Source of the DNA: Raillietiella orientalis
Taxonomy: Eukaryota
Length of the DNA: 64,000 bases
Assembly: GCA_036172245.1 (NCBI GenBank)
Contig: JAYWIR010000028.1
Coordinates: 1-64,000, forward strand
Direction: 5' to 3'
The notes under the pieces are model-generated. The model was not told the DNA's origin. It made no database searches and saw only the letters and a list, made by a program, of their open reading frames with translations. Below, one piece after another: positions 1 to 12,878 of the stretch. A program made the position numbers and the translations under genes. Numbering within the stretch: position 1 is the stretch's first letter; each line of letters starts with the position of its first letter.

Positions 1-58
1 CGGTAAACTTGCTTCGCGGCTCAAAGTATTGTGCGCTTGACAATTTAATCAGTTAATT

Positions 59-1960
59 GTGCTCGTGTGTGCCCGGAGAGGGGAAGTTTCCAGACGAAAC
101 TACAAAAGAAGCGGCGAGGAGATCGCGGCAAAAGACCTGCAGTGGTCCCGTGCAGCAAGACCAGCTGCCAGGATGCAAACACCTGGAGGAGTGGAGAGAC
201 CGTCGTCCCCCATGGAAGCCATGGAGGTAACGTGCGGCAACGGCGAGGCGGTGGCAGGCATGCCGAGGATCGCGCCCGCGGCGGGCTTTGCTGCGCCGGC
301 AGCGGCGATGCCAAAGCTCCTGCCCGCGGAGGCGACGGTGGAGGTCGTGCCCGCGGTGGCGACGCCAACGATCGTGCCCGCGGCGAAGAAGGTCGCGCCT
401 GCGGCGGCGATGCCGAGGGTGCCGCCGCCGGCAGCAACGGTGGCAACGTCGAAAACTGCGCCCGCGGCGGTGGCGTCCCAGGCGGGATCCGCGGGCGTCC
501 ACGCGGTACAGGGCGTGACGCCATCGTGTTTGTCCGCGGCGGCGCAGCCTTATTCGTATGCGTCGGTGGCGGCTGGACAAGCGAGTGTCCACCCACCAAC
601 AAAATTCGGGAAGCCGCTATGCGGCAAAGTCCAAAAGGTGGATCGGCCAATCGTGGAATTAGGGCCGAATGTGAAGCCCATCATTTTCGAAACAGGGCTG
701 ATCAAATTTAATAATATCAATGAGGTGTATCTGTCCCTCAATAAAACGGATATCAATTTTGATCGCATACAGGCGATCATACCGGCAAATAACGGGTTCA
801 CAGTCTTCACAGACTGTGAACATATTAGAGAGCGATTGATCCAGAAGGGGATCAATATTCAAGGAAGGATGGTTTGTAGAATTGACGAAATGCCATACAC
901 AACCGTCTTTCTCAACGGCATCTCCATCCTCACACCGCAACTAACAATGTGGAACTTTTTGGAGCAGTATAGGGAAGTTCTGGACCTTGAACTGCAGAAC
1001 TTCACTGGAAATATATTTTCTGGCGACATGATCGCCAAAATGAAGTTGAAAGAGGGAGCTGTGATCCCTGGATTAGCCATTCTTGACGAACAATCCCAGG
1101 GAGTGAACATGCGTTACCGGCAACATCCGATATTCTGCACCGGGTGCAAGCAGTTCGGCCACAGGGCGGGCACTTGCCTAACATGCCGTTGCTTCCGCTT
1201 CTGCAAAGAAGAACATCAAGTCCGAAACTGCCCGCAACCGGAGGTGTGCACCTTATGCAAGAAGCACGCACATCCTAAATAGAGCTGTCCGGAATTCGCC
1301 AATTGCAGAAGGATTTGAGTACTCCCTCCCGTGAGAGAGAGAAACATCAAGGAGGCCGAATAGCCTCAGAAGTTGGCAGGAAGGCCAAAGAAGGTGAAGG
1401 AAGCCGACCAGGTATCGACGGACGGCTTCATTGAGGTAGGAAAGAAAGGAAAGAAGAGGATGCTCGTCAAGGAGCAAGAAACCACTCTTATCCTGGAAGG
1501 TGAAGAGCAAGAAGGCGAGAAGATGGAGGTAGCGCAGAAAGGCACGGAAGAAGAAACAGTCGAAGCCACTCCGGTGTCGCAGGAGGCCCTGCAATCTACG
1601 GAGGAGTTGGCATCACTGGCTAATGAAGTCCTAGAGGTGCAGAGCGGTCCCCAGCAAGAGAAAATCTTGCAAAAGATCTGCAATGCACAGGAGAAGGTCA
1701 ACCAGGTTGTAAAGGTCAGCGAGCGCGAGAAGCTAGAAGAACAGCTTCTCGACGTAAAAGCGAACTTCTGCGCGAAGGTCGAGATAGAGACGCTATCTCG
1801 AAAACTGATCGCGCGGGCCGAACACTCGACAAGGGGGGCGCAAGTAACCGACCTCACCAGAACAGAGAGTGACGCCGGCAGCGAGAAGCACGCTGCTTCT
1901 TCATTCTCTGGAAGAGCACGTTCTCTCAGACAGAAGAAGCTCAAGAAGGCCAAGAAATAG
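59..1960 (+). pseudogene. R1 ORF1 (gag-like nucleic-acid-binding protein) with in-frame stops
   Basis: Knuckles CTGCKQFGHRAGTC, CRCFRFCKEEHQVRNC and CTLCKKHAHPK*SC. ORF-track pieces 59-1282 and 1373-1960 share a frame, with stops at 1280, 1316 and 1361. First in-frame ATG at 173. Confidence 0.85.
250..480 (+). repeat. Degenerate GC-rich tandem repeat (~21-27 bp units) encoding an Ala/Pro-rich stretch of R1 ORF1
   Basis: Recurring gtcgtgcccgcggcg / gcggcgatgccgagg units; protein PAAAMPK..PAVATPT..PAAAMPR. Confidence 0.6.
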
Positions 1961-1973
1961 GTCTTCCCTTTTT

Positions 1974-4900
1974 ATGGCCTCTTCCCTATCGACCGCCAGG
2001 AGGCTGAACATCGCCTCCTGGAATGTAAACGGTGTGGTCGACCAGGGAAAAAGAAAAAGGATTGTGCGGACCTTTGCACAAGACATAGTGTGCCTGCAGG
2101 AGACCCACAAGATGGGTCTCGAGATTAGTCAAAAGATGGAACGGCGATTCAACGGGCAGATGTTCGTCAGCGAGGGAGAACGGAACACGCAGGGTGTGGC
2201 GGTCCTAATCAAGAACAACTTGGCCCCCACTATTCTGGAAGTGTTCTGCCCCAACCCGGACGAATCATCGGCGTGCGACTGGCCTGGTCCGCTACTGTTC
2301 ACCTCATCCTGGTGAACGTGTACGGGCCGCACAGGATAAAACATCGTTGTGCGGAGGCGCTGCATGCAGCACTCCGTGAAAAGGTCGCCCCCAAGGACGT
2401 CGTGATTGTTGCTGGCGATCTCAACATATTGGATGAGATCACTCATTCCCAAGACGCCAGAGGAAGGACGGCGTATCGGCGGCTATCCGAAGAGTTCGGA
2501 CTGGTGTGGCGAACTGCAAGTCACAAGCCGATCGATCCCGTCCTCCACGGCACCGAACTAGGGAATCGCATTCAGGGTTTTCGAGACACATTGACCAATC
2601 TGTCCGATCTCCCGTTGGTGCGGTTTTACCTAAGAACGGAGAATCCTCGGCGGAGGCAAGGCACCAAGGCGGCGCTCATCAGCATGCCCTCCTGGTTCCA
2701 GACACATCCTGGACATCCGGAGGTCCTGGAGACGATTGTGAAGACCACAAAAATCAGAAGAGTCGCCGACTGGAACAGCTTCTAACACAGGATGCACCTG
2801 TTTGCAAATATGCAATTCGGGGTTGAGCGCTCGAGGCAGGAGGCGTACCGGGAGCTGAACATCCAAGATAGCTCACTCTCAAAGTACTACGATCAGTACG
2901 AGAGTCGGTACGTCTTCAAGAACATAAAAGGGGAAGTCGGCGTGCTGGAGAAGAGAAATCTGGCAACAGATATCTTCTGCATCCAGTACGACGGTCAAAA
3001 GCGACAGTCGTCTGGGGACATCGTGGATGCCTTTCAAAGGCATTACACGAAACACTTTAGGCGACAACATCTCTGTCGCTCTAGTCAACAAGCCTTTCTG
3101 AACTACCTCGAGAAGAGGACCGACGATCTCCAGCGGAACAGACTGGAGGAGGAATTCTCCGAAGACGAGGTGAAGACTGCGTTTGGTCAAATACGCAAGG
3201 ACGTGGCAGCGGGCCCTGACAACGTACCCATCACTCACTATCAGCGGTACTTGCATGCCTACTTGCGTTTGTTCCACCAGTTGACCCTCTGCATCCGAGA
3301 AGAAGGAAGACTCCCGGAATCCTTCTACGAGAGAAGGATGAGATTGCTGCCAAAAGGAGGCGACCTTGCCCAGATAGCTCAATGGAGGCCAATCTCAATC
3401 CTGAAATCCGATGCCAAGTGGTTGGCGAAGATCTGGTCCAACCGCTTAGGCAGGGTCATGTCGAAGCTCATCTCTCCGGTCCAAAAGTGTGCAGTCCCTG
3501 GACGTCACACGTCGGACAATGTCAAGTGTGCCCAGGCCACCGTCGGACTCAGCCGATAAGTCGGCGAGAACCTGGCGCTGGTGTTCACTGACATGGAGAA
3601 GGCTTTCGACTCCATCGTCCATGGGATGCTACTGAAGGTTCTGGGGAAGCTAGGCCTTCCGGAACACTTCAGCAACTTCGTGAGGGTGGTACTCCAGAAC
3701 CAGTACTGCCGAATCAAAATCAACGGCCAGGAGACGGCAGCAATCCGGATGGAACGGGGAGTCCGGCAGGGCGATTCGCTAAGTCCGATGCTGTTCGTCA
3801 TCTACATGGAGGCGTTGTCGTCCTTTATCGAGAAGAGCGGACGACTGCAAGGCATAACCATCGATGGCCAGCGTCTTACCCATCTGGCATACGCTAATGA
3901 TCTACTCTTCTTTATCAAGGGAGAGAAAAATCAACGAGCGTTTCTGGATGTGGTAGACCTGATGGATCGAGGCCTGGGTCTGAAGATCAACGCCCAGAAA
4001 AGCCAGCTCTTGCCCGTTGGAATCCTCGATCTCTCCGCTCTAGAGGGCAGAGGATTTTGAACAGTGGACAAAGCCAAGTACCTGGGTGTCTACATTGGCG
4101 ACGACTTTGCATCGAAGCTATTGTGGACCGAGATCCTAGGGAAAACGGCCAAGGAAGCAGCCAAGTACACCAGAAGGGACCTTGGGATGAAGCGAAAGGC
4201 CAACATATGGAACGGAGTACTCCTTCCAAAAGTGCTCTTCGGGGCAGCTTCCGCGAGGATGAACAAGGACACCACGAGGGAGCTCGACAAACTCCAGAGA
4301 AAAACACTGTGGGGCCACTATCGCCCAAGAGTCCGATTAAAACCCCTGTGTCGTCCCAGGGAAGAAGGCGGTTCCGGGATGAAATCGCTTGCACACTCCA
4401 TTGAAATCATGGATACGCGACACATCCTGGACATTGCCACTCACTGGGATGACTGGCCGTATGCGGCGCACAGGGCCTACGCGTTGTTGTTGAACAACTC
4501 GAAAGGCCTGATGACTGCACTGCTAGGTCGAGCAGGCGTATGGAAAAAAATCGACCCAACCTGGACGAGGAAGCAACGGCTGGTGCGAAAGCACAAAATC
4601 AAGATCGTGCCGAGAAGTAGGGAACTCTGGCAGGACGAGTCTATCCTGGTGATCCCTTGGATGCTCCCTGTCCCGCCGGACACGAGAAGCTGGATCCACC
4701 AGCGGTCCAGAGTTACCCTTCAACGAATCCAGGAGTGGATACGAGGAGGGTACCTACTTCACACTCGTATACTTAGGTATATAGAGATGATGTTAGGAAT
4801 GTTAACCCACATGACTCGCGAAGTGTGGTTCAACCACAACGACTTTGCGTGGTCCAGGGTAACCAAAACCAACCTCCGAAGACTAATTGAAGAAGTACAC

Positions 4901-5488
4901 AGTGATATTAATGCCCTCCAGGAAGCCGCCGATCGCTACGGTAGTGACCGGATCATCCTGTTAGCGATTGGCACGACGCTCTGGAGGAGTGACCTTCCGC
5001 CGGGCACCCAGGATGACCTCCTGATGTTTTATCATGGAGGAATCCAGAGTGGGTTCCGATTGCAGCACTACACCGGAAGAAGGGAAGATCGAGACTGCAC
5101 AGCATGTGGAGACATCGACACGAGACTTCACGTCCTGACTTGTCCCACATTGCTGCATGACTGGCTGATCCTGAAAAGGATCATCGGACTCACCACCATG
5201 TCCGTAATGGAGATCCTCGCCGGGATGTTTCAGGGCGATGGTAATATTCCCTGTTACAATCCCATGGTGAGGACGACCATCGCCCTCTTCATCACCGCCA
5301 TACTTGTGCGGTGGTGGAAAATGAGGAAATCCAGAAGAGCCGCACCACCGATGGAGATCCTACAAGGGCTCCTGAAGAGGGAAATCGGCATTGGAAACTG
5401 TGGGAAAATCCAAGCCTGGACGTACCGATTCATCCTGAAGAGGATAGAAGACGATGCCTGGGACCAAACAGCAGGAAACCCACCATGA
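1974..5488 (+). pseudogene. R1 ORF2 (APE endonuclease - reverse transcriptase - CCHC finger), disrupted
   Basis: Motifs IASWNVNG, CLQETH, AGDLN, WRPISILKSDAK, DMEKAFDSI, GVRQGDSLSPMLF, YAND (YADD mutated), KYLG and CTACGDIDTRLHVLTC. One frameshift near 2250-2270 and stops at 2783, 3557 and 4058. Confidence 0.93.
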
Positions 5489-5616
5489 GTGCAGAACTTG
5501 TGAGAACCCTAGGACTTCATAGTGGTAAAAAAATGTGCTAATGGTATGTATGAGATTGTAGTGTGAATGTTTTTATAGAAAAATTTTAGAAAAATAAATT
5601 TACCCCACCCCTCGTG

Positions 5617-6965
5617 GGACTTGCGGAAAACTGGCTCGTTGGAGAGGATGCAGCTTGTTGCGGCGTGTTTTCGAGCAACGCACTGCTGCTTTCACCGGCT
5701 TTTCTCGCCGGACCTTCAGCCGCCTTTGTGAGGTCTCCTACAGAAGCCCCCGAAATTGACAGAGGGCACAAGGGAACGGTTACCGCGAAATTTTTATTCG
5801 CATGTCCTCCTTTCGAGCGTTCGCACGGTGCGACTGGTTTCACTGACCCAATTATGCGAGCAGAATTTCCGCGTTCATCTGCGGGGTGAGCGACGGTACG
5901 CGCGGAGCCCTCTAGTCCTCTTTTAATACGCTTCCCTGTCGCGCGATTTCCCTTTTGGGGTTTTGAAGCTGAAGTAGCCGACTTTGAAATCGCGTTCGCG
6001 CCTTTTTTACTTTCGGCCTTTCTCGAGCCTCCCAATTTTTTTGAGGATGCTGTTTTCTCCTGTGCGTACTATTTGGCACGCCGGAGTCTAGCAGCTTCCT
6101 TTTTTTTCTTAATGTCCGGGCACTTCCTTATTTCGTCCCCGGACTCCTTACAATAGCGGCACTTTGGGGAAGGGCATTCTTTACCCCGATGCCCTTCTTT
6201 GCCGCATTGCTCGCACGCGCGAGTTTTGCCAACGAACCATAGGTGAACAACCGTGCCGTTGACCTGTAGCGTGGCAGGCAGCGTGCGGCGGTTAGGAACG
6301 GTGACCCTAACCGCAACAACTCCTGTGTGGACGGAGAGGAATTTTTTGTTAATATTCCCCTTCCTCCACACCGCATGAACGGTGGCGAAATTCGCCAACA
6401 CGTCCATCAACTGTCTGTCGTTGATCTCCGGCTCGACGTCCGAGAGAACAACGACAAAAGACTCGTCCATCGCGGAAGGAAAAACTTTTTTCCGGCAAAT
6501 AGACAAAGGAGTGCGGAGGAGCCTCTGCACAAGTGCAGCCTGCTTGCATCGGACCTTCACATTGCTCAATGCTGGAACAGGCATGAGTGCTATGAGGTCC
6601 TCCTCTCGCACTCCCACACGGAAAAGTTGGTCCGCGAACTCTTCTCCAGCCTTGCCTACCCCACTTACATTGTAGCGGAGAGCAGGTTTGTAGCCATGGG
6701 CTGCATATGCCTGAATCTCCGCCTGGTCGGGAAGGCATCCTTGTACGGCTGCAGATGCAGCCACGTCCGCGAAGCTCCTGGCCGGTGGCACGGTGCTCTC
6801 AGAGGTTGTCGTCATCGCTCCAGCTGCGGAAAGTTCCTGAACTACAGGCTCGAGGCCTTCCACGTTGCGTTATTCACTGCTCTTCCTTAGAAATACGCAG
6901 TGAGACGCACAAACACAACCAAACAGCGAATCAACGCAAGGACACGAATCACGTCCGTCTGTCAT
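5617..6965 (-). mobile_element. Non-LTR fragment R2: 5' UTR plus ORF1, cut by the R1 3' end
   Basis: ORF 6863-6069 has CEQCGKEGHRGKEC and CRYCKESGDEIRKC and continues in frame to ~5620. GT-rich 5' UTR with GGACGTG. Confidence 0.85.
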
Positions 6966-7625
6966 GAAGGCGAACGTTAAAATCGCCTGCAACCAGATGG
7001 GCACTCCGCACGCCTGCTTCGGTCAGCCAGTCGCGCCGTAGGGCAAGGAAAAACTCTTTCCTCGCCCTCCTGTTCATCAGGTCCGCGCCGCTCGGTGCGT
7101 ACACGTTCGTGACGATCAGGTCGATCGAGTCGTACCACCTGAGTCAGCTGGCCGACACGACCGTGATCGTCGGACCGCACGCCCCTCGCCGCGGCTTCGA
7201 CGGTGGTCCCAAGAAGTAGGCAATACCTCAACTCTTGGGTGTCCCACCCCTATACCACAGCTGCCCTCTGGAGATCCCTTCTATCTCCTTTGATCGTTCT
7301 GCAGAGACCACATGGTCCTCCTGCGGCAGCGCAAGGTCGAAGAATCCTAAAACGGCGGCCATGTCTCGTCTCCTGCCGGCGTCTGTCATCACGTTTACTT
7401 TCCAAACAGCGATGCGCAGACGACGGCGGGAGGAGATTCCCGGAATTACTGCTGGGAAGTTAAAGGTGTGGGGGTGCCCGCCTCTTGCGAGGCGGGCGGG
7501 ATGTTCATGGGGGTTCCGGCCTCCTCAGGTACCTGGGGCACCTCTTCGGCCTCCACCCCTCCATCCCCTCCGTGTCCGAAAGTGGGAGTCTCTGGGACGA
7601 CGGGTCCTAGGATTTTTCCACGCTC
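6966..7625 (-). mobile_element. Non-LTR fragment R3: ORF1 tail plus N-terminal half of the endonuclease
   Basis: Minus-strand translation IPGISSRRRLRIAVWKVN...DLALPQEDH...AHLVAGDFNVRL, frameshifted. Confidence 0.8.
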
Positions 7626-7629
7626 ATTT

Positions 7630-9336
7630 CCGATGGCCGGACTGGATCCGGTTGGTGATCTCCACGGGCAGTTGCTTGAAGTACCTGGGAGTTTCGTTGG
7701 GGAACTTCTGCGCTGCAGAAGCCTGTTGCGACCGTCTCGAAATGGTGGAGTTGGCGATCGTCCCGTTCCGGAACGGCAGGTTTTACTTGCAGGAGCGGGC
7801 CGCGGTGTGGAACGCGTTCGCGGGCCCCCTCCTTCTCCCCTTACTTTTTGTTTGCTTCTCCCCTCCCATCATACAGAGACGGACCAAAGCCCTCTTGAGG
7901 ACTGCCCTTTAGGGCGCAGCGAGGTCGTGAGTCCGATTGAAAGACTTGTGCGCTCCACGCAGGAATGATGCTTTGGGCCTCCTGACGATGGAGCGCATGC
8001 TACTCCATATTGCAATTCGGAAGCTAGACCTTGCGGCTAGCTTATGGATGACATCATAGTGCGTACAGACACGGCTCCTCGCCAGAAGAGCGACCGGCTG
8101 CGACGGATTGTCCTCGATCCTCGTGGAGTACGAGCGCAGCCTCAACCACAGCTGTGGCTTTCATCTGCGCCAGATGGTCGTCCTGATGAGGGAGAATGCC
8201 TGGATCTCCTGCCGCCCCGCGAACTGCACTGCCTGGCTTCAGGAGTCAGTTTACGCGTGGGCCAAGATCAATGGCACGAGCGAAGCGGAGTACAACTGTC
8301 TCCGTCGAGGACCGAACGCTCGACAGCCCCTGAAGGAGATAATCAACAACCCGCGTAAACTGCTGTGGGCTTCTTTGACTGTCCTTACTCCAAAACATCG
8401 GAAACGGCAACGAACGAGCATTGTGGGAAGTGTCCTGCCTCATCCGAGGCAGGAGAAAACCATTGAAGGCGTGGACGACTCGGGAGTTATCGGACGCTGC
8501 AACCCCGACCGTCATGTCTGAAGGAATTGTGCGCTGGGGCGAGCTACTCGGCATACCTTCAAAGGAGGTGAAGTGGCCCCCAGCGTGCTGGGATTCTTGC
8601 ACCCTCTCCCTGAAATGGCAAGAGACGGCGCTGCTGGTGTTGCATTGGGGACTCCTATGCAAAGCACGCCTCTTTCATTGGACTTTCGAAATTGTGGATG
8701 CGAATTGTGCAGTGTGTGGGAACGAGAGATCTTCCTCCACCTCATCATTGAGTGTGTCGCCCTTCAGCCCATGTGGGATCGACTGTCGACGATTTTGAAC
8801 ATTTCCGGGGGCAGCCCGAAAGACATTTTCCGTCGCCTCTTCATGCAGGACGCTCTGCCAGCAGCTGCGTGTGTAGCAGTCCTCTGCTGCATACGCGGGA
8901 TCCTGGCAAAATGGGCTGCGTCCTACAGACGTCATAACAGCCGAAACGCCATCCAATGGGCGGCCCTAAACATTCAGAAGGCTTCCCGATGGTCCCGGCT
9001 AAGTTCATTACGTCCGGCACTTCTCCGCATCCTGAACAGGATGCAGAGTACCTCTCGGAGCGACCAGTGATCCCATCCCAGCCCTCTCCTCCCAAAAAAC
9101 ATTGCCCCCCCCCTTGGTTTTGATTTTTCTTTTTTCTGTTTTTGTTTGTAGCTTTCCCTCCCCCTTTGCATCCGGGCAGGATCTCTGCAACCTGTGAACT
9201 GGCAGCGGCAAGTGTGTCTAGCCAGGCGAAACCACGTGTTCTGCTTAAAGACTCTTAAAATAATTTCAAAGACTTTATTATGAAATTTTTATTACATAAA
9301 AATTTGAATAATAAATGCCCCGGCAAATCCGGGTGA
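7630..9336 (+). mobile_element. 5'-truncated non-LTR element R4 (RT thumb to 3' end)
   Basis: CLKYLGVSLG, LLVLHWGLLCKARLFHW, CAVCG..HLIIEC; stop at 9070; pyrimidine-rich UTR; ends AATAAATGCCCCGGCAAATCCGGGTGA. Confidence 0.88.
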
Positions 9337-9354
9337 TATATATTTATATATATA

Positions 9355-10399
9355 TACAACTGCCTACGTCGAGGACCGTACGCTCGACAGCCGCTGCAAA
9401 AAATTATCAACACTCCCTGGAAGTTTCTGTGGGCTTCTTTTACCCCTCTTGCCCCCGTTCTGTCCTCCCTGAAAAACATTAGGAGCAGCAGCGAGCGGGC
9501 ATCGTGGGAAGTGTCCTGCTTCATCCGAGACAGGAGAAAACCTTTAAAGGCGTGGACGACTCGGGAGCTAACGGACGCTGCCACCCTGATCTCCCGCCTC
9601 AAGGACTTGCGCGCTAGAGAGAGCTGCTCGGAATACCTCCAAAGGAGGTGAAGTGACCCTCAGCGTGTTGGGATTGCGGCACACTTCCGTTAAAGTGGTA
9701 GGAGACGGCGCTGCTATTTCTGCCCTGGTAACTGCTGAGCAGAGCACGCCTGTCTCACTGGACACTGGGGAATGTGGTTGCCCGCTGTGTCGAGTGCGGT
9801 GAAAGGGAAACCTTCCCGCATCTCACCCTCGAGTGTGTCGCCCTGATTGGACTCTGGAGTCAAATCGCCCCAATCCTCCATCTTCCAGTAGGCGACCCTA
9901 AGGAAATTTTCCGTCGCCTCTTTCTGCGTGACTGCCTGCGCCTCGCAGCGTCTCTAGCAGTCCTCTGCTGCGTGCGCGGAATCGTGCAAAGGTCGCACGC
10001 CAGAAAAAGAGGCCCAAGATGCAGGGACGCCATCCACTGGACGACGATCTCTTTGGAGACGGCGACAAGGTGGCGTCTACCTATTAATATAAAAGCAGAA
10101 CTTGGCTGCATCCTGAACAGGATGCAGAGTCCCAACCCAGGCGCCCAGTGATCCCTTCTCTGCCCCTTACTCCCCCATATAACGGTTTCCCTCCCAATTA
10201 TTTCTCTTTTTGTTTCTTTTTGTTTCAGTTTCCCATTCCCCTGGGCCTCGGGAGAGGACCTTGCCGGTCCAGGCACCAGCTGCCGACACGTCTGCTAGCG
10301 TGGGAGAACCAAGTGTTTTCCCACAACAAACTGTTTAATGACTTTATTAACTAATTTGATATTAATTAGATTAATAAATGCCCCGGCATATCCGGGTGA
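9355..10399 (+). mobile_element. 5'-truncated non-LTR element R5, tandem relative of R4
   Basis: Aligns to R4 from ~8291 (tacaactg..cgtcgaggaccg); CVECGERETFPHLTLEC; ends AATAAATGCCCCGGCATATCCGGGTGA; preceded by a TA-rich tract at 9337-9356. Confidence 0.88.
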
Positions 10400-11812
10400 C
10401 AAACGTCGGCCGCGCCCGAGCACTCCAGGCCCTGGTCGTCGAGCAGACAAGCCGCTCCTGACTGCCAGACCTGGCGCTCGGCCTTGGCCTTGTACTCCGC
10501 AAGGTACCGGACGTCCGGGCATCGGGAGAATTGGCGGGCCTGCAGAAACTCTCTGCTGTTGGACACACCTTTTCCGAAGCCACGGGAAAGCAGGCGCAAG
10601 GGGAACCGGCTGCAGAACTCGCGGACCGATCTTTTCAGATCGTCCCAGTCCACGAGCTCTCGAACGGCCAAGGTCCGGAGATGCTGGCGGAGGTGCTCCG
10701 CAGCCACCGCATTTCTCAGCCAGTCGGCCGGCAACCTCCAGACGTGCGTCGGAGGGCCCTTGGCAGGCGGGAGTAGCTCAAACTCCAGCCTGTAGTGGTC
10801 GGAAAGCTCGGCCGGCACGGGACCTCTTCGACCCACCCGACAATGCAGGTGATCGTCGAGGAACACATGGTCCGGCAAAGCACGCATTCCGGGATCGTCG
10901 GCCAGCAAATTCGAGGCGTGCACCGACGCGCACACCTCGTTCACCAGCCGTTTCTCCCGGCGACCGTGAGACTCCTCCGATAGCGCGTGGACGTTGAAGT
11001 CCCCGGCTACGAGGTGAGCCACGTCGGGGCCGGAGTTGCTGAGCCAGCGGTCGCGCAGTCTCTCGAAAAACTCCAGTTTCTCGGTGTGACGCGCGGAGCC
11101 GCTCGGCGCGTACACGTTCGTGACGACAAGGTTGATCGATTCGGACCACTTGAGTACAAGTTGGCCCACACGACCTTCCTCGTCGAAACAAACGCTCCGC
11201 ACCGCTCCCGCCACCCTGCCCCGGACAAGGAATGCGACTCCGCAGGTATTCTGGGATCCTGACCTCCAATGGAGCGTCCCGCCTGCGCGAACTTGCAGAT
11301 CGGCCGCTTGCTGCTCGGAGAGTGCGTGAATCTCCTGCAGCAGGGCCAGATCGAAGTCGCGCAAGACGTTGGCAACCAATCGCCTCTTCTCGTTGTCCTG
11401 CAGCCCGTTGACGTTCCAACAGGCCACTCGGGCGCGACGGAAAGAAGCGAGACCGCGCATTGCTGCTACGGACATGGAGGTGCGTTCCTCACCCCGTCCG
11501 GCGAGGCATCCGCAGGGAGCACGGCGGATAGGGTGCGCAAGCGCTTCCTGTCCCCGCCGCGCCGCTCGCGGCTGGCTCGGTGGAGTCGAGGACCATTGCC
11601 TCGGGCTCCGAGGAGCATCGGGAACCGTTCTCGGCATCAGGCTCTTGCCTGGAAAGTTTCGGCTTGCGCGCAGCCCTGGCCTTGACCGGGGCTTGGCGAG
11701 CCTTTGCGCTGCCTTCGGACTCCACCTCGGAGTCCGAATTGCGCGCGCGCGGCGGAAGTTTCGCCTGCCTCTTTTTTTGCTGGCAGCTCGGAGCTTGTTC
11801 CCGGATAGTTTT
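10400..11812 (-). mobile_element. Non-LTR fragment R6: ORF1 tail, complete APE endonuclease and part of the linker
   Basis: Open frame with VACWNVNGL, LLQEIH, NVYAP, AGDFN, DHVF and LSDH; homologous to 25680-26731. Confidence 0.9.
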
Positions 11813-11813
11813 T

Positions 11814-11840
11814 AATAAACGCCCCGGCGCACCTGGGTGA
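11814..11840 (+). mobile_element. Isolated 27-nt retroelement 3' terminus
   Basis: AATAAACGCCCCGGCGCACCTGGGTGA matches the termini at 9310, 10373 and 22946 (minus). Confidence 0.75.
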
Positions 11841-12878
11841 TAAACAACCGACCAACCGCGATCTTCTCGATCTCCTGGACGTCTGCCGCGGAGATCACGT
11901 GGATCTCCTGCAACAGGGCCAGGTCGAACTCCCGCAGGGTGGCGGCCGTGTCCCGTCTGTTGCCGTCGTCGCGCAGCCCGCTGACGTTCCAACAGGCGGC
12001 GCGAATCCGACGGCGACTGGCGAGCTTAGGTGTTAATCCTGGGAAGATGGCGATGCGGCGTCCGCCACCTGCTGGTGCGGGACGCTAGGTGGAGGAGGAG
12101 GGTCAGGTGCTGAAGGCACCTGCTCCCCCTCCTCCATGGGTAACGGCGCGTCGAGCGGGTCACCCGCAGGTGGGGTCGCGCCTACCTGTAGGCCCCCCTC
12201 CATGGGGGCGGGTTGTTCAGGGTCGGCGACTGCAGGGAGGACTTCACCCCCCTGTTCACCCTCCTCCATGGGGGTGGCCAGCTCGACGGCTTCCGAACGT
12301 GGGAATTCCTCCTCCGGGGTTCCCACGCTGGAGACGGCTTCCGTCTCCTTCTCCTCGCTGGTGCAGGGGAGGCGCCTCCTGGGCTTCTGGGACTTGCGTC
12401 CCGACTTCCTGGGAGGTGCCTCCAAGGAGGAGGATGTACTTCCGGCCCCCATGTCGCACTCACCTGCGGGGGCCTTCTTAGCCGTAGCCGGCCTTCGCAC
12501 GGCCTTGCGTGAGGGGTTCTCACGCTCGACCAGCGTGGCCGCGAGCTCCTCCGCCGCCTTTGCGAACGCGGCGTCCTCGGTGTCGACCGGCGCGTCGCGC
12601 GGCTCACCCTCTGTTTGCACAGAGGGTTCGCCGTCGCGAACCTCGGGCGCGGCGGAAACGGCGGAGGGAGGCTCGTCGCCCCGGGTGGCAGCCTCGGGAA
12701 CGACGATGCGTTCCTGTGCCACCGTGCACTCGCGGAGAGTTTTCGATCGCGGACCGGGTTTTTTCGGCTTCGCGCTCTTCTTTTTCTCAGCTTTCTCTGG
12801 TTCCTCGTTAGAAACCTTCCGCTCTTTGCGGGCCTTTACAAGCTGCCAGCCCTCCTCCCCCTCGACCACTTGGGAGGG
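11841..12878 (-). mobile_element. Non-LTR fragment R7: acidic ORF1 C-terminus plus start of the endonuclease
   Basis: GWQLVKARK and AFAKAAEELAATL match ORF1 of the 22918-28482 element, followed by RIRAACWNVSGL...LLQEIHVISA. Confidence 0.85.

Larger units (their letters stand above)
1..5616 (+). mobile_element. Near full-length L1/Tx1-like non-LTR retrotransposon (R1), inactivated
   Basis: ORF1 with three zinc knuckles, ORF2 with APE, RT and C-terminal CCHC, and a 3' UTR ending AATAAATTTACCCCACCC (5593-5610) that is shared with the relative at 39838. The 5' end may lie at or before the window edge. Confidence 0.93.

Noticed and set aside
45..711. Long overlapping Arg/Pro-rich ORFs on both strands
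   Set aside because: Shadow frames of the GC-rich repeat in R1 ORF1.
6950..6983. Apparent exact +28 DPE spacing for R2
   Set aside because: The implied +1 falls inside the AGDFN codons of R3, so the spacing is coincidental.
9310..9336. Terminal motif as a conserved target (snRNA/tRNA) or a Helitron end
   Set aside because: It lies inside the TSD of the complete element, matches no RNA gene I recognise, and lacks a CTRR end.
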